DNA of 64,000 nucleotides from a bacterium (GCA_039793395.1 JBAMLV010000020.1:4418-68417); one strand, 5' to 3'. Counted from the stretch's first letter, positions 45,150 to 53,986 are shown. Program-made: numbers and translations. Notes: generated by a model from the letters alone, not told the origin.

Positions 45150-45757
45150 GGTTGCCATTACCAAAAATCCGGGAACTGGCGGAGGCGGTGCGGGCGGTGG
45201 TCAAAGGGCCGTTTACCACCAGATTTCCGAAAAAGGTAGATTCAGTCCATCCGAACTTCCGGGGTATCCTCAAATTTCGGGATGAGCTGTGTATCTGCTG
45301 TGGTGCCTGCTCTCAGGTGTGTCCAACCGATGCCCGGGAATTGATTCTTGACCGGCAGAAAGGGGTGATGCGGATTGTCCATCATGCGGACCGCTGCATC
45401 TACTGCGCCCAGTGTGTCAAAGCCTGTCCCACCCAGGCAATCTATCACACCCCGGAGTTTGACCTTTCCCGCACCGAGCGCGGCGGCTGGGATACCTTTG
45501 TGGAAAAGGAGCTTGTCTGCTGTGAAATGTGTGGCGAGCCATTTGCCACCAGGGCGCAGCTGCTGCATATTGCCCATAAAGTGGGCGATTTAGTGAATGC
45601 CAATCCGACCCTGCTGTTAACCCTTTATCAGCAGCTGGGGGTGGCGGTCCCGGAAACCGCACCGGCAACAGTCCTGCCCTACCGTTCGGGCACGATGCGC
45701 ATCCTCTGTCCGGACTGCCGGCGCAAGGTCTATATGACCGAACAGTGGGGCTATTGA
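45146..45757 (+). CDS. mbhN: 2x[4Fe-4S] subunit NuoI/HycF/MbhN family
   Basis: TTRFP, FRG, CICCGACSQVCP, CIYCAQCVKACP, extra CEMC...CPDC pair. Confidence 0.88.
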   Translation: MRLPLPKIRELAEAVRAVVKGPFTTRFPKKVDSVHPNFRGILKFRDELCICCGACSQVCPTDARELILDRQKGVMRIVHHADRCIYCAQCVKACPTQAIYHTPEFDLSRTERGGWDTFVEKELVCCEMCGEPFATRAQLLHIAHKVGDLVNANPTLLLTLYQQLGVAVPETAPATVLPYRSGTMRILCPDCRRKVYMTEQWGY

Positions 45758-45793
45758 GCCAATAGCAGTTCCATTTTTAAAAACTGGCAAATC

Positions 45794-45821
45794 TTGAAAA
45801 CCGGTATTTATTTATTATAAT
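45794..45821 (+). promoter_or_regulatory. Promoter for WG-repeat gene
   Basis: TTGAAA, 16 nt, TATAAT; AAGGAGG SD downstream. Confidence 0.65.
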
Positions 45822-45855
45822 ATAATCAGTCGGAGCAGAAAGGAGGGATAATGTT

Positions 45856-46623
45856 ATGGATGGCAGGGCAGAAGCAACGGCAGCGTCCGGTCTGATTCCG
45901 GTCAAGGTTGCGGGGAAATTTGGCTTCAGCGACACTGCCGGCAGAGTGGTTATTGAACCGCAGTTTGACTTTGTCTTCCCCTTATCCAATGGGATGATAT
46001 TAATTGAGATGAACGGCAGGTATGGCTTTCTTGATAAAACCGGCCGGGTGGTGGTCCCTCCCCGGTTTGATTATGCCGGAGTATTCCACGAAGAGCGGGC
46101 GGTGGTGGGTATTGCCGGCCGGTATGGCTATCTTGACCCAAGCGGTAGTTTTATCTGTGAACCGCAGTTTGACTGGGCGGGTGATTTTTGCGAAGGGATG
46201 GGAAGGGTGCAGCAGGGTTTTAAGTGGGGGTTTATTGACCGCTCTGGCCGGTTAGTCATTAGCCCGCAGTTTGATTATGCGGATGACTTTTCGGAAGGGC
46301 TCGCCCGGGTGAAGGTTGGCGGAAAATGGGGCTATATTGACCCGACCGGTGCGCTGGTGATTAAGCCCCAGTTTGACTGGGTGTGGTCTTTCTGGGAGGG
46401 AATGGCACGGGTGCGGTCAGGCGAAAAGCTGGGGTATATTGACAAAAGCGGTAAGGTCGTCATTTACCCGCAGTTTGATGATGCCGGTCAGTTCTGCGCC
46501 GGCCGGGCTGCGGTGCAGATTGATGGCAAGTGGGGATGTATTGACCGGATGGGCAATTTCCTCATTCCTCCCCAGTTTGACAATCCGGTGTGCCTGTGTG
46601 AGCGAGCGGGGCATAACCATTAG
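45856..46623 (+). CDS. WG (KWG) repeat-containing protein
   Basis: Seven ~35-aa repeats of GK[WYF]G[FY]ID..G..VI.P[QR]FD...F.EG.A.V. Confidence 0.9.
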   Translation: MDGRAEATAASGLIPVKVAGKFGFSDTAGRVVIEPQFDFVFPLSNGMILIEMNGRYGFLDKTGRVVVPPRFDYAGVFHEERAVVGIAGRYGYLDPSGSFICEPQFDWAGDFCEGMGRVQQGFKWGFIDRSGRLVISPQFDYADDFSEGLARVKVGGKWGYIDPTGALVIKPQFDWVWSFWEGMARVRSGEKLGYIDKSGKVVIYPQFDDAGQFCAGRAAVQIDGKWGCIDRMGNFLIPPQFDNPVCLCERAGHNH

Positions 46624-46636
46624 GCGGGGTGAAATT

Positions 46637-47647
46637 TCAGTCAGTTTTGAGGGCGTGGCCCAGGGCGCCAACCAGGTCAATCGCCTTGACCGGACACACC
46701 TGGACACACTGGCCACAGCCGATACACTTTTCCGGCAGCACCCGGTGCTGTTTGTCCGGTTCACCGACAATCGCCTTGAACTGGCAGACCTTGACGCATT
46801 CACCGCAGCCGGTGCAGCGGGGGTTGATGGATGCCTTGGGCCGGCCGGGTGCCCGGTCAATGAATGATTTGGTAGGGCATTTGTGCACGCAGATGCCGCA
46901 GTCAATGCATTTTTCAAAGTCCATTACCGGCAGGTTGCGCTCCATTGTCAGGGCGCCGACCGGACAGACCCTGACGCATAAACCGCAGGCGATGCAGCCG
47001 ACTGAACATACCTCCTTGACTGCCCTGCCCCGGTCATGGGAGACACAGGCGAGATAGACCAGTTTTGAGCGGGGGATGAGGACCAGGGTGCCTTTTGGAC
47101 ATTCGGCGACACACCGGCCGCAGCCGATGCATTTCTTTTCGTCAATTTCGGGCAGGCGGTTTTCGCCCATTTTAATCGCATTAACCGGACAGACGGTAAC
47201 GCAGTGGCCCAGTCCAACGCAGCCGTAGATACAGGCTTTCGGACCGCCCAGTAGCAGCGCAGCCTGACGGCAGTCCTGTGCCCCTTGATACTGGAAACGG
47301 CTGGGTGCCTCTTTTTTGCCGCCGCGGCAGATCAGGACCGCCACCTTCGGTTCAGCCGCGGTGACCTGCTGACCCATAATTTCGCCAATCTGACGGGCAA
47401 CCGCGGGTCCGCCAACCGAACAGGCATTGAGCGGTGCCCTGCCGGCAACAATCGCGGCTGCATAGCCGTCACAGCCGGGATAGCCACAGGCACCACAGTT
47501 GGCACCGGGCAGGACCGAGCGGATTCTTGCCTCCCGTTCGTCAACTTTGACCACCAGCTTGATGGCGGCGATGAGCAGGATGATGCCGAGGATGAGTCCC
47601 AGGCCGCCGAGGGTGAGAAGTGATTTAATGACCAGTGACCAGTCCAT
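46637..47647 (-). CDS. rnfB: Rnf complex subunit B
   Basis: TM anchor, LPGANCGACGYPGC, multiple CxxCxxCxxxCP ferredoxin motifs. Confidence 0.93.
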   Translation of the reverse strand: MDWSLVIKSLLTLGGLGLILGIILLIAAIKLVVKVDEREARIRSVLPGANCGACGYPGCDGYAAAIVAGRAPLNACSVGGPAVARQIGEIMGQQVTAAEPKVAVLICRGGKKEAPSRFQYQGAQDCRQAALLLGGPKACIYGCVGLGHCVTVCPVNAIKMGENRLPEIDEKKCIGCGRCVAECPKGTLVLIPRSKLVYLACVSHDRGRAVKEVCSVGCIACGLCVRVCPVGALTMERNLPVMDFEKCIDCGICVHKCPTKSFIDRAPGRPKASINPRCTGCGECVKVCQFKAIVGEPDKQHRVLPEKCIGCGQCVQVCPVKAIDLVGALGHALKTD

Positions 47648-47649
47648 GG

Positions 47650-48237
47650 CTATGAGATGCCGAACAGGGCGGTAAAGCCCATAAATGCCAGTGAAACCAG
47701 TGCGGCACCGATGAAGGCAATCGGGTAGCCCCGAAATGCCGGGCTGACCGGTGCGTCATCAAGCCGTTCCCGGATGGCGGCAAAAAGGATGATCGCCAGG
47801 GCAAAGCCGAGTGCGGTGCCGAGGGTAAAGATGGTTGCCTGCAGGATATTGAACTGATAGTTGATGTTGAAGAAGGTGACCGCAAGGATGGCGCAGTTGG
47901 TGGTGATGAGTGGTAGGTAGATGCCCATCGCCGAGTAGAGGTTGCGGACATAGCGCTTGAGGAACATCTCCACAAACTGAACCAGTGCCGCAATGACCAA
48001 AATGAAAACCGCAGTGCGGAGAAAGACCAGACCGAGCGGCAAGAGGATGGTATGGTATAAAATCCATGAGACCCAGGAGGCGAGCAGCATTACGAACAGG
48101 ACCGCGGCGCTCATCCCGACCGAGGTGGCGACCGAGGTGGAGACGCCAAAGAAGGGACACAGGCCGATGAAGCGCATCAGGATGATGTTATTCACCAGCA
48201 GGGCGGCGAGGAAAATTTTTGCCGGATTGGAGGACAT
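47650..48237 (-). CDS. rnfA: Rnf complex subunit A
   Basis: NNIILMRFIGLCPFFGVS, GIYLPLITTNCAIL, IRERL. Confidence 0.95.
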   Translation of the reverse strand: MSSNPAKIFLAALLVNNIILMRFIGLCPFFGVSTSVATSVGMSAAVLFVMLLASWVSWILYHTILLPLGLVFLRTAVFILVIAALVQFVEMFLKRYVRNLYSAMGIYLPLITTNCAILAVTFFNINYQFNILQATIFTLGTALGFALAIILFAAIRERLDDAPVSPAFRGYPIAFIGAALVSLAFMGFTALFGIS

Positions 48238-48240
48238 AAC

Positions 48241-48858
48241 TTAACTTTTGCCCCAGCCGAGTTTGTTGACCAGTGCCTTGAGCAGACCGATAAGGAAAAA
48301 GGCACCCGGCGGGAAGATGGCAAAGAGCATCGGCGCGGCCCGGTATGCCGGCGGCAGGACCGGTTTGCCGAAGAAGGTGCCGGCACCGACAAGTTCGCGC
48401 AGGGTGCCCATAACGAAGAGCACCAGCGTAAAGCCGATTGCCTTGCCCAGACCGTCAAGAAAGGAGTCCAGGATACCGTGATGAGAGGCAAAGGCTTCAG
48501 CCCGGCCGAGGATGATGCAGTTGACAACAATCAGGGGTACGAATACGCCGAGAACCCGGTAGAGGTCGGGCTGGTATGCCTGCATCAGATAGTCAATGAT
48601 GGTAACCAGGGTAGAGATGATGACGATGAAAATCGGAATCCGGACCGAATCGGGCACCAGTTTGCGGATTGCCGAGATGACGATATTAGAGCCGATGAGC
48701 ACAAAGGAGGCGGCAAGCGCCATACCGAGGCCGTCGCGGGCAGTGACGGTGGTCGCCAGGGTCGGACACAGACCGATCATCAGAATCAAGGTCGGGTTTT
48801 CCCGGATAATGCCCGAAGTCAGATAGGAGAGGCGGGATGTTTTTTTACTGCTGTTCAT
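48241..48858 (-). CDS. rnfE: Rnf complex subunit E
   Basis: ENPTLILMIGLCPTLA, VRIPIFIVII, PLIVVNCIILGRAEAFA, PPGAF; ATG 48858 after GGAGG. Confidence 0.95.
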   Translation of the reverse strand: MNSSKKTSRLSYLTSGIIRENPTLILMIGLCPTLATTVTARDGLGMALAASFVLIGSNIVISAIRKLVPDSVRIPIFIVIISTLVTIIDYLMQAYQPDLYRVLGVFVPLIVVNCIILGRAEAFASHHGILDSFLDGLGKAIGFTLVLFVMGTLRELVGAGTFFGKPVLPPAYRAAPMLFAIFPPGAFFLIGLLKALVNKLGWGKS

Positions 48859-49417
48859 TTTCCCCTCCGGATTCAATTACCAGCAGGTTGCGGTATTTTT
48901 CCAGAGCCGCACGCAGGCCATCGGTGACCGCGCGCGAGGTGATGGTGGCACCGGTAATGGCTTCAATCGCGCCGCCGTCCTTTTTCAATTTCAGTTCGGC
49001 GGCGGTTCGGCCGACAAACTGTTCCCGGAATGCGGGTTCGGTTGCCTTGAGTCCGAGTCCGGGGGTTTCTTTTAAGCCTTCAGCCGCGCTGGCAATCCGG
49101 ATGGCAATAACCCTTCCCTGCGGGTCAATACCGGCGGTAACCGGCACCGGTCCACCATAGCCCTGATGGGCGGTCTTGACAATTGAGCCAATCCGGGTTT
49201 TACCCTGATAGGCAAACCAGACCATGGAGTCCGGGGTGGCGGGTTCAAACCGGTCGGCTTCAGGCAGGACCGCATTGAAGGCGGCTTTGAGCCCGGCGAC
49301 ATTGCGCTGGTATTCAATCTGGGCTCGGGTGATGGCGTAAACCTGAGCCAGTGCAAATGCCGAGAGCAGGCAGGTGATAAAGAGCGCAAGAACCATCCAG
49401 ACTTTGCTCTCCTTCAC
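48845..49417 (-). CDS. rnfG: Rnf complex subunit G
   Basis: TM anchor, QGYGG, ETPGLG, FMN-binding AITGATITSRAV. Confidence 0.93.
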   Translation of the reverse strand: MKESKVWMVLALFITCLLSAFALAQVYAITRAQIEYQRNVAGLKAAFNAVLPEADRFEPATPDSMVWFAYQGKTRIGSIVKTAHQGYGGPVPVTAGIDPQGRVIAIRIASAAEGLKETPGLGLKATEPAFREQFVGRTAAELKLKKDGGAIEAITGATITSRAVTDGLRAALEKYRNLLVIESGGENEQQ

Positions 49418-50466
49418 TTTTTCCTCCTGGTGCCAAACACCCGGGGCGGGGTCAGCCGGTCAATCAGCGGCGTGGCAACATTCATTAACAGAATTGAGTA
49501 GCATACCCCTTCCGGATATCCACCCCAGAGCCGGATGAGCACCGTGAGAATTCCGCAGCCAATGCCAAAAATGACTCTGCCCCGGGCGGTCAAAGGTGAG
49601 GTTACATAATCGGTTGCCATATAAAACGCGCCCAGTATTAGACCGCCGGAAAGCAGATGGAAAAGGGTGTAATTCAAGAGCCCGGCTTTGTTACCGGGTA
49701 GGACCAGTACCAGCGCGGCAACGGTCAGCAGATAGGAAAGCGGAATCCGCCAGTCAATCACCCGGAGCGCAATCAGGAAGATGCCGCCGACGAGGAGCAA
49801 AAGTGCCGAGGTTTCACCGATACAACCGCCGCTCGTGCCCAAAAACAGTTTTTTTAATGTTGACCAGGATTGCAGGTGCTGATAAAGCAGCTGCGGATCA
49901 CAGGTGGGTCGCACCAGTTTTGCGCCCTGTTTGAGCACATTGAGCGGGGTGGCGGTGGTGACCGCATCGGTGCAGATGGTGAGCGCTTCCGGTGGCAGGG
50001 CGGAGATTGTGCCACCATGCGGGGCAAGCCAGGTGGTGGTCAGCTGGGTGGGCCAGGACGCCACCAGAAATGCCCGGCCGGCAAGTGCCGGGTTGATGAA
50101 GTTATGACCCAGGCCACCGAAGAACTGTTTGGCGATCAAGGTGGCAAAGGCGCTGCCGACCACCGGAATCCACCACGGGACTGCAGGTGGCAGGTTAAAT
50201 CCAAGCAGGAGTCCGGTCAGTGCGGCACTGCCGTCAAGGAGGGTGACTTTTCTGCCGAACAGGCGCTGGCCGAGGGCATCAAACAGCAGGGCTGAGGCGG
50301 TGCTGAGACCGGTGATGAGCAGTGCCCGGAGTCCATAGAAGTAGATTGCGCCAGCAAATGCGGGCAGGAGGGCAAAAGCCACCACCCACATCAGTCTACT
50401 CACCGTGACCGGTGCGGTGATGTGCGGGGCAGCGGTGACGGTTAAATGCGGTCGGGCTTCGTTCAT
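49414..50466 (-). CDS. rnfD: Rnf complex subunit D
   Basis: APHI, KQFFGGLGHNFINPALAGR, TTATPL, GCIGETSA, FYMATDYVTSP. Confidence 0.95.
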   Translation of the reverse strand: MNEARPHLTVTAAPHITAPVTVSRLMWVVAFALLPAFAGAIYFYGLRALLITGLSTASALLFDALGQRLFGRKVTLLDGSAALTGLLLGFNLPPAVPWWIPVVGSAFATLIAKQFFGGLGHNFINPALAGRAFLVASWPTQLTTTWLAPHGGTISALPPEALTICTDAVTTATPLNVLKQGAKLVRPTCDPQLLYQHLQSWSTLKKLFLGTSGGCIGETSALLLLVGGIFLIALRVIDWRIPLSYLLTVAALVLVLPGNKAGLLNYTLFHLLSGGLILGAFYMATDYVTSPLTARGRVIFGIGCGILTVLIRLWGGYPEGVCYSILLMNVATPLIDRLTPPRVFGTRRKK

Positions 50467-50469
50467 GAT

Positions 50470-51771
50470 CTACAGTTTTAGCCGGGCAATTTCCGATTTG
50501 CCAAACTTGAAGTTGTGCACCAGTCTGATTTTTGCCGGACAGACATAGGCACAGCACCCGCACTCAATGCAGTCAAGCAGATGCTCGTTTTTGGCGGCGG
50601 CAAAGCGCTTTGCCCGGATGTGGTAGTTGAGCCGGGTTGGGGAAAGGCCCATCGGACATGCCTGAATACAGCGGGCACAACGGATACAGTCCTGTTCCGG
50701 TTCTTCGCGGAGTCGGTTAAAGACGATGACTCCAGATGTGCCCTTGAGTACCGGCACCTGGTCCGAACTGACCGCAATGCCCATCATTGGGCCACCGATA
50801 ATGATTTTCTGGGGCTCACCGTTATAACCGCCGCAGAATTCAATCAGGGTGCTGATTGGGGTGCCGATGCGCACCCAGAGGTTTTTCGGCTCCCGGACAC
50901 CGGCACCGGTTACCGTTACCACCCGTTCATAAAGCGGACGGTTGAACCGGACCGCATTGCGGACCGCAAAGGCGGTGCCGACATTCTGGACAATACAGCC
51001 AACATCCGCGGGCAGGCCGCCAGAGGGCACCTCCCGGTTCAGGCAGGCTTTTATTAACTGCTTTTCCGCACCCTGGGGATATCTGGTCTTCAGTTTCACC
51101 ACCCGGAACCCGGTGCCGGCAGCGGCATCGCTCAGCGCCTCAATCGCATCCGGTTTGTTGTCCTCAATGGCGACGAGCACATTTTTCACCCGGAGTGCCC
51201 GGGCAAGGTAAGTTGTGCCTTCAACAATTTCCACCGGTTTTTCCAGCATCAGCCGGTGGTCGGCGGTCAGGTAGGGCTCGCATTCGCAGCCGTTGATGAG
51301 CAGGGTGTCAACCGGTTTGTCCGGCGGCGGCAGGAGTTTGAAAAAAGTTGGAAAGGCGGCGCCACCAAGTCCGACAATGCCGGCAGCGTGCACCGCCTGA
51401 ACAATCTGCTCCGGGCTCAGGTTAGCGGTGTTTCGTTCCTGAATTGAATCCGCGAGTGTATCGTTGCCGTCCGAGTCAATGATCACGGTGGTGGTGAGCC
51501 GGCCGGTAAGGGGATGGGGCAGTTCCTCAATCTCGGCAACCGTGCCCGAGATTGGGGAATGGGTCGGAACCGAAATTTTCCCGCCCGGTTCGCCAATCAC
51601 CGAGCCGGTTAATACCCGGTCCCCTTTTTTGACCACCGGTTTGGAGGGCGTGCCGAGGTGCTGGGACAGGGGCAGATAAACCCGTGCGGGCAGAGGGGCA
51701 ACCTCAATCGGCTTGTGTTCAGTTGCCGCTTTGCAGTCCCGGGGATGAACTCCACCGCGAAATCGCATCAT
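50470..51771 (-). CDS. rnfC: Rnf complex subunit C
   Basis: FRGGVHP, QHLG, GIVGLGGAAFPT, INGCECEPYLTAD, YPQGAEKQL, CIRCARC, CIECGCCAYVCP. Start moved from TTG 51816 (upstream of the predicted -35) to ATG 51771. Confidence 0.95.
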   Translation of the reverse strand: MMRFRGGVHPRDCKAATEHKPIEVAPLPARVYLPLSQHLGTPSKPVVKKGDRVLTGSVIGEPGGKISVPTHSPISGTVAEIEELPHPLTGRLTTTVIIDSDGNDTLADSIQERNTANLSPEQIVQAVHAAGIVGLGGAAFPTFFKLLPPPDKPVDTLLINGCECEPYLTADHRLMLEKPVEIVEGTTYLARALRVKNVLVAIEDNKPDAIEALSDAAAGTGFRVVKLKTRYPQGAEKQLIKACLNREVPSGGLPADVGCIVQNVGTAFAVRNAVRFNRPLYERVVTVTGAGVREPKNLWVRIGTPISTLIEFCGGYNGEPQKIIIGGPMMGIAVSSDQVPVLKGTSGVIVFNRLREEPEQDCIRCARCIQACPMGLSPTRLNYHIRAKRFAAAKNEHLLDCIECGCCAYVCPAKIRLVHNFKFGKSEIARLKL

Positions 51772-51784
51772 AAATTTAAGTAAA

Positions 51785-51812
51785 ATTTTAATTAGCGGGC
51801 TATTAGTGTCAA
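51785..51812 (-). promoter_or_regulatory. Promoter for rnfCDGEAB
   Basis: Minus strand TTGACA, 16 nt, TAAAAT, 13 AT-rich nt, ATG; no SD. Confidence 0.7.
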
Positions 51813-52175
51813 GCAAATTACAAATGAATCTCCAGCCAGCTCATTGCCGGGCTTACCGGTTGCTGGTGACAAAATTGAGCCGGTAAACAATGATTAAGTT
51901 TGGTATTTCCGTCGGTTATGAGTTTCAGCACCAGTTTTGGCCATAGCCCACCGGGCAGTCCCCCCTACGGTTGGGGGGATGGTGGTGCTGACCGCACCGC
52001 TAATGGTTCCGGTTTGGATTCAGGGTATGGTTCTGAAGCTGACCCGCGGTCTGGTTATTGCCGGAGTTCGGTCTGGGGTTTGGTTGAGGGGAGGGAGGAT
52101 GGCTGAATAATCGGTTTTGATTGTTGAACCGGGGAGAGTGCGGGAGGGGGCTTCGGGTGCAGATTTCAGCCCGGT

Positions 52176-53024
52176 TCAGTCCAGGGTCCGGGAGTAGATT
52201 TGCCGGCGCCGGGCTTCAAGCAGGTCTGGTTGCTGACCCTGCCATTCGGCTGCGGAGATAATCCGGCCCGGGCAGGTTTCCCGGAGCCGGTTGAGCCAGT
52301 CAATGCCGTTGAGAGAGCGTAACAGGTGGTGGTCGAGGATGAGCGTTTTGACCACCCGGCACAGCCGGAGTGCATTGGTAAACGCCCAATTTAATGCCGC
52401 CGGCGAGAGCTGTGGCAAATAAATCGGTGGTCCAGCAGCAAAAAGTATGTCCGGTTGCCAGTTGATGATGATGTTTACCGCCTGTTCATCCAAAAGCTGG
52501 ATGTCTGAGGCGTGGACAAATACCGTTTCCGAATCGGTGATTTTGGTCATCAGCACCGTGCCCCGGCCCGTCTGGCCATGGAGGACCGGGAAAGAGAATT
52601 CAAGTCCGGGTTCAACCCGGCAATCGGCAATAATCAGGTGTCTGCCCAGTTCGGCAGCAAAATCAAGATGCCGGGTGTTCATCAGTCGGGTATTTGCCTG
52701 CCGGCTCTTGACATAGATGCGGGCGGTGCGCAGCGCAGTGGTGAATGCGGTCAGGGAAAGCTGGACCGGGTCGGGCTGTTTCAGCGGTGCGTGGTCACCG
52801 TGAAAATGGCTGATGACGATGTCGGTAACCCCGGGCAGGATGTTGATAATCCGGTTGCGGACTTCAGCCGCCCGTTTCAGTTCCAGTTGATGGGGTGCGA
52901 AGCCGAAGCGCCGGGGTGCAAGTGCGACTCCGGGGTCAATGAGCACCAGGCGGTCACTGGTTTTCACCAGGCAAGCCATGCTGCGGACCCCGAGCGATTC
53001 GGCACCTAAAATGGTGATTTCCAT
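52176..53024 (-). CDS. Metallo-beta-lactamase-fold hydrolase, UPF0282/COG2248-like
   Basis: AESLGVRSM, IDPGVALAP, ISHFHGDH, HASDIQ, LDHHLLRS. Confidence 0.8.
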   Translation of the reverse strand: MEITILGAESLGVRSMACLVKTSDRLVLIDPGVALAPRRFGFAPHQLELKRAAEVRNRIINILPGVTDIVISHFHGDHAPLKQPDPVQLSLTAFTTALRTARIYVKSRQANTRLMNTRHLDFAAELGRHLIIADCRVEPGLEFSFPVLHGQTGRGTVLMTKITDSETVFVHASDIQLLDEQAVNIIINWQPDILFAAGPPIYLPQLSPAALNWAFTNALRLCRVVKTLILDHHLLRSLNGIDWLNRLRETCPGRIISAAEWQGQQPDLLEARRRQIYSRTLD

Positions 53025-53066
53025 CTGCCCGAATAAGGGTAATTAACATTTTGGCGGTTTCAATCG

Positions 53067-53094
53067 TTGACTTCAGCCGGTCAGGGCATATCTT
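53067..53094 (+). promoter_or_regulatory. Promoter for dat, leaderless geometry
   Basis: TTGACT (53067-53072), 16 nt, TATCTT (53089-53094), 7 nt, ATG 53102. Confidence 0.6.
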
Positions 53095-53101
53095 ATTGCT
53101 G

Positions 53102-53986
53102 ATGGCTGATTATGCCGATTTCTGTTATCTCCGTTCGGCTGATGAGCCGGCGGGCAGGATTGTGCCGAAGCGTGAGGCGCGGATATCACCTGATGACCGG
53201 GGTTTTTATTTTGCCGACGGTGTGTATGAAGTGCTGCGAACCTATCAGGGCCGGCTTTTCCGGCTGGAGGAGCATCTGAACCGGTTTCGGAACAGCCTGG
53301 CCGCAATTAAGATTGAACTGCCGGATGTCGGGGCAATCGGCGATATCTGTCAGGAGCTCTTGGTGCGGAATGGGTTGGCAGGCCGGGATGTGTTCTTTTA
53401 TATTCAGGCGACGCGCGGGGTGTGGGGGCGTAATCTGTTGTTTCCACCGGCGGGGGTGATACCAACACTTTATATCTCAGTTACCGAGATTGTTCCGCCG
53501 GAAAGTGAGCGGATGAATGGCATCCGGGCAATTACGGTTGAGGATGTGCGGTGGGGACGGTGTGATATCAAGGCAATCGGGCTTTTGGCAAGTGTGCTGG
53601 CAAGGAACCGGGCTCAGGCTGCCGGGGCAGATGAGGCGCTTTTTGTCCGGGATGGGGTGCTGACCGAAGGGACCCATACCAATCTGTTTCTGGTCCGGGC
53701 GGGCAGGGTCTTGACCCATCCGCTTAACCGGTTTATCCTGCCCGGTGTTACCCGGACAGTGGTGCTGGAGCTTTGCACCCGGCTCGGGCTGGAGGTTGAG
53801 GAGCGTGGGGTGCGGGAAGATGAACTGAACCAGATGGATGAGGTATTTGTCACCAGCACCACCTGGGAGGTGGTCCCGGTGGTGATGATTAATAATATGC
53901 CGGTGGGCACCGGTAAGCCGGGAGCGGTTACCCGGCGACTGCAGCAGGCTTTTCAGGAGTATGTTGCCGGGGAAAGGGAACGGTGA
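53102..53986 (+). CDS. dat: Aminotransferase class IV, D-amino-acid transaminase-like
   Basis: DRGFYFADGVYEV, HLNRF, YIQATRG, RCDIKAIGLL (PLP Lys), TEGTHTN, ILPGVTR. Start moved from TTG 53051 to ATG 53102. Confidence 0.85.
   Translation: MADYADFCYLRSADEPAGRIVPKREARISPDDRGFYFADGVYEVLRTYQGRLFRLEEHLNRFRNSLAAIKIELPDVGAIGDICQELLVRNGLAGRDVFFYIQATRGVWGRNLLFPPAGVIPTLYISVTEIVPPESERMNGIRAITVEDVRWGRCDIKAIGLLASVLARNRAQAAGADEALFVRDGVLTEGTHTNLFLVRAGRVLTHPLNRFILPGVTRTVVLELCTRLGLEVEERGVREDELNQMDEVFVTSTTWEVVPVVMINNMPVGTGKPGAVTRRLQQAFQEYVAGERER

Noticed and set aside
45530-45725. Extra CEMC...CPDC motif in MbhN as a novelty
   Set aside because: A comparable C-terminal metal site exists in E. coli HycF.
45851-45895. 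14-aa ORF MLWMAGQKQRQRPV overlapping the WG gene start
   Set aside because: The SD fits ATG 45856 at least as well; no evidence for a leader peptide.
45895-46590. Periodic CCGCAGTTTGA-like DNA repeats as CRISPR
   Set aside because: About 105-bp period matches in-frame WG protein repeats; no cas genes.
51900-52106. 68-aa Gly/Ser-rich ORF as a gene
   Set aside because: TTG start without SD, low complexity, no recognisable motif.
52075-52150. Canonical G-quadruplex
   Set aside because: Four G3+ tracts are not within short loops; at best two-tier.
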